A stretch of DNA of 27,227 nucleotides, taken from the NCBI RefSeq assembly GCF_006345805.1, contig NW_021834033.1, positions 1 to 27,227 of the forward strand, read 5' to 3'. The DNA is from Octopus sinensis (Eukaryota). Below the pieces are notes generated by a model. The model was given only the letters and a program-made list of their open reading frames with translations. It was not told where the DNA came from and ran no database searches. Positions 20,427 to 27,227 of this stretch are shown one piece after another. Numbering within the stretch: the first letter of the stretch is position 1; each line of letters begins with the position of its first letter. Made by a program: the position numbers and the translations under genes.

Positions 20427-21315
20427 TGTTGGCACACACACGCAATCGTACATGCTGATCTATATGTAAAATCATGAATATATGCGTGTGTTTGTATGTA
20501 TATAAATATATATGTCTATATATATACGTATATTTCTGCACACACCTATATATGAGTGTGTATGATAATGTTCGTGTTAGTGTATGTGTGTCTGTCTATG
20601 TGGGTCTTTATTGTGAGGGAAAGCAAAACGAGAAAGCGAGGCACGTGGAGGTTGAATGGGTGTGCTGACAATAAGTAGATAAAATATAAGAAATAAAAGA
20701 ACAAAACAATACGAAAAAACAAAAAACAAAACAAAACAAATAAAGAACACAAGACAATGAAGAGGAAAGAGGGGTAATAAAAGCAATAATAGTTTGTTGG
20801 GTGTTGACATTGTCTGTGGAAGAAACTGAATTTAATTAATAGAATGTCTGTTTACCTAAGATAATTCCAAGATGGCTTATTCTGTCAGTTAAACAATACG
20901 TTTTTGTTCTGCAATGAATGTTAACATATAAACATCTGAAAGTCTGTGGAGGTGAAATTTCAAAAGAACCTTTATTTTTTTTTGTTCGCTTTTATTACTG
21001 TTTTTGTTGTTTTTACTTGTTCCACGCCAAGTATTTCGATATTTCTTTTGCATTGGTTATTTCTTAGATCTTGACACATTAGCTAAACTACTTTTTGGTC
21101 GAAATGTGCGGAAAAACAGAAAAAAAAAGAAGAAATAAGAGAAACAAAGAAACGCAAACATATAAAGAAAATGGCGGTGAGTTTGGTTTTCTCTCAGCGG
21201 TCAGTGTTTGTTGAAAGCATAATTTATTGTTTCACACGTCGTTCATTTTTATCCATCGCTTTCGCCCTCACCTTCTTTCTCTTTATGTATATTCATCTCT
21301 TTACTGACCTTCTTA

Positions 21316-21326
21316 ACACACACACA

Positions 21327-21392
<66 letters not shown>

Positions 21393-21410
21393 ATAAACAC
21401 ACACACTCAC
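21316..21410. repeat. (CA)n microsatellite
   Basis: Directly visible. Confidence 0.95.
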
Positions 21411-21529
21411 TATCCCTCTCACTGCCTCCCTTTCTCTCTCACTTTCGCTTATCAAATAACTATATCGCCCATATACTCACTGAGTCACTAACTTAATGAA
21501 TTTCTCTTTCTCCGTCACTCACACACATC

Positions 21530-21827
21530 ATATACACAAGCACACACTCACACACGTGCGCGCACACACATACACAAATACACACACACATATGTATGTG
21601 TGGGTGTGTGTATCTCAAGTATGTATAAACTATATATATATATACACACACACACATATATATATATTCATATATACAGATACATGCATACATATGTATA
21701 CTTACATATATGTATATATAGATATATACATATGTAAGTAAACACACGCACACATATATATATACTTATCCATATATATATATATGTATATAAGTGAATA
21801 TATATATCCATATATATGTATGTATGA

Positions 21828-21866
<39 letters not shown>

Positions 21867-22030
21867 TATTTACATATATATACATATATATATATATACA
21901 TATATATATATGCACACACATATTTATACATACATATGCACATATATAAATATGCAAATACTCACACACACACAATGATATATATGTGTGTGTATGCATG
22001 CTTATATATACACAAATATATAATGTGTGT
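21530..22030. repeat. Degenerate (TA)/(CA) low-complexity tract
   Basis: Directly visible. Confidence 0.85.
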
Positions 22031-22585
22031 ATATCTTTGTGAAAATTGTTTGCAGGAGTTGTTTGACATCTCACAACAGAAAATAAGGTCAGAGTAATCC
22101 GATTCACGACAATCCTCACGCGAAAGCTGTTGTGTTTAACAATTGAAGATTAAAACACGGCCGTAGCAATACGTGTCCACATTAATGTGTATTATTCACA
22201 AGAATATTACGCAACTGAATTAGAGGCAAAGACTTCGTTTACAGGACAATGGGAATAGTATTTTATGATCGGTGCCTTGTATTTTGAGTGAAGAGTAAAG
22301 TAAAAGAATCGGACTACATCATTTGCCGGTTAATCAAACGTATGTGTATATTTTGCTTTCTCTCTCTCTTTCTTCTCCCTTGTCTGTCTCCTCCTCTCTC
22401 CCTATTTGTGTGTATATATATATATTTATTATATATATGTGTGTGTGTGTGTGTCTGTATGTGTGTGTATGAATGTGTGTGCGTGTACGTGTGTTTGTGC
22501 GCACATACCTGAGTGCGTGTATGTGTGTGCGTGTGTGTGCATGAGCGTATGTACACACACACAGACAAACACAATATATATATAA

Positions 22586-22850
22586 TTTTTTTTGTTCCTT
22601 CTCGAGCCATGCCTGGCTCTTGGCGTATAGGTTCTCCACCTGAACGGGACGCCGGTCCGTCGCAGGTGAGCTGCTAGATGCAGGAGGAAAGAGTGAGAGA
22701 AAGTTGTGGCGAAAGAGTCAGCAGAAGTCGCCATTACCTCCTGCCGGAGCCGCGTGGAGCTTAGGAGTTTCGCTCATAAACATACACATCGCCCGGTCTG
22801 CGATTTGAACAAACGAGTCCGCTGCTTTAACCACTAGGCCATGTGCCTCC
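22586..22850 (-). mobile_element. tRNA-derived SINE family D, near full length
   Basis: Reverse complement ggaggcacatggcctagtggttaaagc (A box)..gttcaaatc (B box; the region between the boxes appears shortened)..body..ggctcgagaaggaac plus A-rich tail. Confidence 0.85.
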
Positions 22851-22856
22851 ACACAC

Positions 22857-22901
<45 letters not shown>

Positions 22902-22914
22902 ACACACACACACA

Positions 22915-23283
22915 CACATATATATATAGGGAGATGTACTTGCATAGCAAGTGACCTGATCTGAGATCGTGTGCTGAAACAAAAACAATATGTAAATATA
23001 TTCTTTTTCTTTTTCATTGTTTTATTCACTTACTTGTAACTGAACCGGGAAGTATGTGGTTGGGAAACAAAGCTTCGTACCAGGGTACTTGCCGTGTACA
23101 CACACAAATATATATAGGGAGATGTACTTGCATAGCAAGTGACCTGATCTGAGATCGTGTGCTGAAACAAAAACAATATGTATATGTATATTCTTTTGCT
23201 TTTTCATTGTTTATTCTTTTACTTGTAACTGAACCTGGAAGTATGTGGTAGGGAAACAGACTTCTTACCACACAGTCACGCAT
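22915..23283. repeat. 188-bp tandem duplication containing an unclassified motif and a SINE-A head (-)
   Basis: agggagatgtacttgcatagcaagtgacctgatctgagatcgtgtgctgaaacaaaaacaat at 22928 and 23116. The second unit ends in cttcttaccacacagtcacgc (SINE-A head, reverse). Confidence 0.9.
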
Positions 23284-23760
23284 GAATACTCCTTCCATCG
23301 CTTATAATTAATTTATAAACCAATCTATTTTTCTTTCTAAAACTACAGCAGAAAGTATTACAAGAAACCTACTGACTTCTGCGGCTTACGACTACAATTA
23401 AACCTGCAAATCGGTCTCCGTCCTAAATCTTTACAGATATCCGCACAAACGGGATGCATTTGTGGTATTTATGGTTTCAAGTGTTGCCGAGGCATACATA
23501 AATAAAGCAGCAATTAAATTCCCATTAAGTCCTCATATCTTTTGTTTCTTTATTCCCCTAGGAGAGTTGAAACATAAATCTCTCTACGACAACTGGTTAA
23601 TTATTAGTAAATCGCCGACTTGACGTTTATATGCATGTTATTTCGTTTCGTCATCATTAGCTTATCATTAAGGTATACCATGGGACCTAGATGCCAAGTG
23701 AGAAATAGAGCGTTTATTGAATACTCAGCACATTATTTGCTTGAGTGGTTTATGAATAAA

Positions 23761-23935
23761 GGCGGCCGTGGCTGTATGGATTACTTGCTTGATTTGCAAC
23801 CGCATGGTTCCGGGTTCAGTTCCATTGGGCAGCACCTTGGACAAGTTTCTTCTTTTACGACCGCGGGCAGGGCGATCAATACTTGTGCTTTGTGAGTGAA
23901 GTTTGGAGAAAGAAACTATATGGAAATCTGTCGTA
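23761..23935 (+). mobile_element. SINE family A, 5' half (interrupted by Tc1)
   Basis: ggcggccgtggctgtatgg..ggttccgggttcagttcc..gcaccttggacaag..ttgtgagtg..gaaact..gtcgta. Confidence 0.8.
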
Positions 23936-24170
23936 CGTACGTACGTATGTATGTATGTATGTATGTATGTATGTACGTACGTACGTATGTATGTATGTAT
24001 GTATGTATGTATGTATGTATGTATGTATGTATGTATGTATGTATGTATGTATGCATGCATGTATGTACGTACTATGTATGTACGTACTATGTATGTATGA
24101 GTGTATGTATGTATGTGTGTATGTATGAGTGTGTGTGTGTGTATGTAAGTATGTATGTACATATATATAC
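23936..24170. repeat. (TATG)n/(TACG)n microsatellite inside SINE A
   Basis: Directly visible. Confidence 0.95.
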
Positions 24171-24175
24171 ATTTA

Positions 24176-25033
24176 CACAGACATGCAGGAAGTAAATAGA
24201 CACGTTTAATTTTCAAAATTTCTGATCTAAGCGTCTTAATGTGTTTTCAGCGGTGTAGAATTTACAATGTAATTATTCTTTTTCATTCCAGGACTCAAAT
24301 ACTAAACATTTGCGAAGAGTAACTATGCCACGCACAAAAAATTCAGCAGAACTGTCAGATTTTCAGAGGTCGTATTGTTGGGCAATCTGAGACTGGCCTT
24401 TGCCAGCGAAAAGTTGCCGAAAATCTTCAAATTCTTCTTGCTAATGTTAATAGAATTATAGTGCAATTCAAAGGCCAAGGAAAAGAATCGATTCTCGTCC
24501 CGGTCGACCTGGTTCCTCGGAAAGGAATCTTTCGATGAATGATGCATCGAAATACTTAAGCAAGGCCTACTTCCGATGTATTAACACGATCACATAACGA
24601 AAAATGAGTTTTGATTCATGGAAGATGGGGCTCCATGCCACACAGCGAAAAGGAATCAACAGTGAACGACTGACTGAAAATGGGATTACAAAAGCTTCCT
24701 TGGCCGAGCCAATCTCCTGACATAAACCCAATTGAAATTTTTTGGTGCATACTAGATAGAACTATTCGAAAAAAACCGACAGAAACCTAAATCTAAAGAT
24801 GAATTGTTTCGATTGTTGCGTGAAAAGTGTGCAGAAATTCCACAAGAGAAAATCACAAAGCTCATAATTTCAAAGCCAAATTGAGTTTCTGAATTAAAAA
24901 CTGCAAAGGGAATGACAACTAAATACTAAAGTATGTAGTCCTACCTATTGATTACATTTCAATTGTTCGCTTTGCATATTAAATAAAAGATTTTGAAAAT
25001 TACAGGTGTCTATTTACTTCCTGCATATCTGAG
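24176..25033 (+). mobile_element. Tc1-like (DD34E) transposon, internally deleted, 858 bp
   Basis: About 44-bp TIRs (cagacatgcaggaagtaaatagacacgtttaattttcaaaat vs the reverse complement of the right end, 39/42); TA TSD at 24174-24175 and 25034-25035. Confidence 0.92.
24325..24929 (+). pseudogene. Tc1 transposase remnant
   Basis: MPRTKNSAELSDFQR/fs/RIVGQSETGLCQRKVAENL (HTH)..large deletion..FMEDGAPCHTAK..LPWPSQSPDINPIE..KSKDELF..KGMTTKY*. Several frameshifts, so it is absent from the ORF track. Confidence 0.88.
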
Positions 25034-25138
25034 TATATGTGGCATGTGTGTGGGTAAGTGTGTGTGTCTGTGTGTGGTGTATCTGTGCGAGGTGTATCTG
25101 TGCGTGTGCCTTTACTCCTGTGTCTGTCGACTTGAATT

Positions 25139-25310
25139 CTTGACAACCGTTGCTGGTTTGTTTAGGTCCCTACAACTTAGCAGTTTGGGAAAAGAGAACG
25201 ATAGAATAAATACTGTACTTAAAAATGACAACAACAAAAAAATCATTAGTGTTCCGTTTATTTGACTAAAACACTTTAAGGCGGTAACCGAACTTAGCCG
25301 CAGTGCAATG
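25139..25310 (+). mobile_element. SINE family A, 3' half (continuation of 23761-23935)
   Basis: ttgacaaccgttgctggtttgttta..aacttagcagttt..aaaagagaacgatagaataaatact..aaggcggt..gccgcagt. Confidence 0.75.
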
Positions 25311-25411
25311 CTTGATTTATAACAGTGAAATTCGGGACTTTGAATAATGACGTATACCGTACTGGGAAGCGGATTCTGGAATTTTAAAACTCACGCTGTA
25401 TTTTAGAAATT

Positions 25412-25610
25412 ATATTCTTTTCTACTCTAGGTACAAGGTCTCAAATTTTGGTGGAGGTGGGCTTGTCGATTAGATCGACCTCAGTGCTCAACTGGTAGTT
25501 AATTTGTCGACCCCGAAAGAATGAAAGACAAAGTCGACCTCGACTCAAACACACGAAATACTGCTAAGCATTTCGCTCGGCGTGCTTAACGTTTTTGCCA
25601 GTTCACCGCT
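25412..25610 (-). mobile_element. SINE family C
   Basis: Reverse complement aligns with 26276-26685 (tcgaccccgaaagaatgaaagacaaagtcgacctcg; aagcatttcgctcggcgtgct..acgttt.tgccagttcaccgc). Confidence 0.85.
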
Positions 25611-25737
25611 TTTTAAAGAAATTATATTATGAAAAGCAGTACGTCCTCTCATCAGACGGGTTAGTCCAGAACCATTAGATTATCCTTCTGATCCTCGCAG
25701 AAACCAAATGTATCCTATCCAATATATTCTGTCATTT

Positions 25738-25960
25738 ATCTTTTACTTGTTTCAGCCAATTAGATTGTGGCCATACTGGAGCACCGCCACGAAGAAACTT
25801 AGTCGTATGAATCGATCCTAGTACTTACTTTTTTATATATATAAAAAAACCTAATGCTTATTGTTGCCTACACTTTTCCAGAAACACTCAGTTACGGGGA
25901 CGTAAACACACTAACACCGGTTGTCAAATAATGTTGGGGACAAAGACAGGCACAAACACA
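25738..25960 (-). mobile_element. SINE family A, 3' half
   Basis: cttttacttgtttcagcc..ctggagcaccgcc..gttacggggacgtaaacacac..ggttgtcaa. Confidence 0.8.
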
Positions 25961-25974
25961 GAACGTAGAGACAA

Positions 25975-26032
25975 ACAAAATGCTGCTAAGCATTTTGACC
26001 GATATACTAGTGATTCTGCCACATCGCTACCT
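25975..26032 (-). mobile_element. SINE family C head fragment
   Basis: ctgctaagcattttgacc..tagtgattctgcca..cgctacc. Confidence 0.6.
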
Positions 26033-26062
26033 TACAAGGATCTTACATTAAAACCGTTGTAA

Positions 26063-26270
26063 GTGGTGGCGAGCTGGTAGAATCGTTATCACGCTGGACA
26101 AAATACTTAGCAGTTTTCTACTAGTTATTTACGATGTGAATTCAGATTCCGCTGAAGTCACCTTTCCATTTCATTCTTTCGGGTTCGGTGAAGCTTTGAT
26201 CTGGGGTCGATGTATTCCACTTTCCCCCCTGTCCCCTCAAAGGTTCTGTCCTTGCGCTAATATCAGAGAA
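26063..26270 (+). mobile_element. SINE family C, degenerate copy
   Basis: ggtggcgagctggtagaatcgtta..aaatacttagc..ttccgctgaagtc..ggggtcgatgta. Confidence 0.75.
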
Positions 26271-26275
26271 CTAAT

Positions 26276-26685
26276 GGCGGCGAGCTGGCAGAAACGTTAG
26301 CACATCGTGCGAAATGCTTAGCGGTATTTCCTCTGCCGTTACGTTCTGAGTTCGAATTCCGCTGAGATCGACTTTGCCTTTCATCCTTTCGGGGTCGATA
26401 AATTAAGTAGCAGTTACACACAGGGGTCGATGTAATCGACTTAATCCGTTTGTCTGTCCTTGTTTGTCCTCTTTGTGTTTAGCACCTTGTGGGTAGTAAA
26501 GAAATAGGTATTTCGTCTGTTTTTTATGTTCTGAGTTCAAATTCAGCCGAGGTTGACTTTGCTTTTTAACATGTCGGGGTTGCTAAATTAAGTACCAGTT
26601 GCGTACTGTTGTCGATCTAATCGACTGCCCTCCCCCCGCCTCCACAAAATTTTCGGGCCTTGTGCCTAGAGTAGAAATGAATATT
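26276..26685 (+). mobile_element. SINE family C, dimeric form (best-preserved copy)
   Basis: Head ggcggcgagctggcagaaacgttagc, B box gagttcgaattcc (26348-26360), Deu/Nin-like tgcctttcatcctttcggggtcgataaattaagta. A second unit without an A box starts at ~26506; tail gggccttgtgcctagagtagaa. Confidence 0.9.
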
Positions 26686-27227
26686 AGAGCATTAAAACTA
26701 CTGTACACGGCCCGTTTTGGTCACATCAGCTGTCATCATTCATCACACCCGCCATCACCTTAGTTTTATAAGCGAAAATACGGAAAAAATATATAATTTA
26801 AAAAAACAACACAAACCAAAACAAACTACTAAAAATTAAAAAAATAAACAATAATTAACTACAAAACGACAATAAAAATATAGTCACAAAAATGACTTGA
26901 AATTTTGAAAAAACAAAAAACGAAGGAACGAAAAGAAAAAGAGCGAAAGATAAGGAAAAAAGATTTTAAAATGAGAACAAAATATTTAGTAATGAAAGAA
27001 AATTTTGAAATTATTGAATCCGACAAATAAACATGACTGCAAGGCGGAGTCGGTTTGCTCGGGGGCAGAATATACAACGTCGAGTTTAGATTAACAGCAA
27101 AATTGACAATCTTTTTTTTTTTGTATCCTTGTTGTGGGAATGGCAGTGGGAAAGAGGGAGATATTTTCTTAGTGTTCAGTGGAGGCGGTGGGAGGAGACG
27201 ACATGTAAAAAAGTAACAGGCAAACGT

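Noticed and set aside
22040-22095. Possible micro-exon (tttgcag|..aaataag|gtcaga; ELFDISQQKI)
   Set aside because: Weak splice signals, unrecognised peptide, expected by chance.
23545-23680. Strong-looking splice acceptor (tcttttgtttctttattcccctag|G)
   Set aside because: All three frames hit stops within ~20 codons; no recognisable peptide or good donor.
15250-25670. Other CUGANGA matches (~15260 -, 17497 +, ~18480 -, 18679 +, ~19650 -, ~25650 -)
   Set aside because: No stem II followed by GAAA..UH, so chance heptamers.

Overview
Non-coding, repeat-saturated animal genomic DNA, most likely octopus (inferred from the SINE families plus very dense (TA)n/(TATC)n/(AAT)n/(CA)n microsatellites; not verified). 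No intact protein-coding gene is supported. Almost every ORF in the track is translated microsatellite; the only protein-like segments are remnants of four Tc1/mariner-superfamily transposases (DD34D, DD34E, DD37D-like, DD41D-like). The window also holds many tRNA-derived SINE copies of at least 4 families, a Helentron-type non-autonomous element, and two nested insertions. The most notable signal is a set of hammerhead-ribozyme (HHR) motifs. One well-formed type I hammerhead lies at 6762-6860 (-), with a GUC site, palindromic stem III and extended stem II. Several minimal or degenerate cores resemble those known from Penelope-like elements. Three sequence-unrelated inverted-repeat elements (341-700, 6164-6456, 6737-6980) share one layout: HHR-like cores in the arms, reading outward from the centre. 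All structures and alignments were derived by eye. Repeat boundaries are approximate (about 10 bp), and family names rest on recall rather than database searches.
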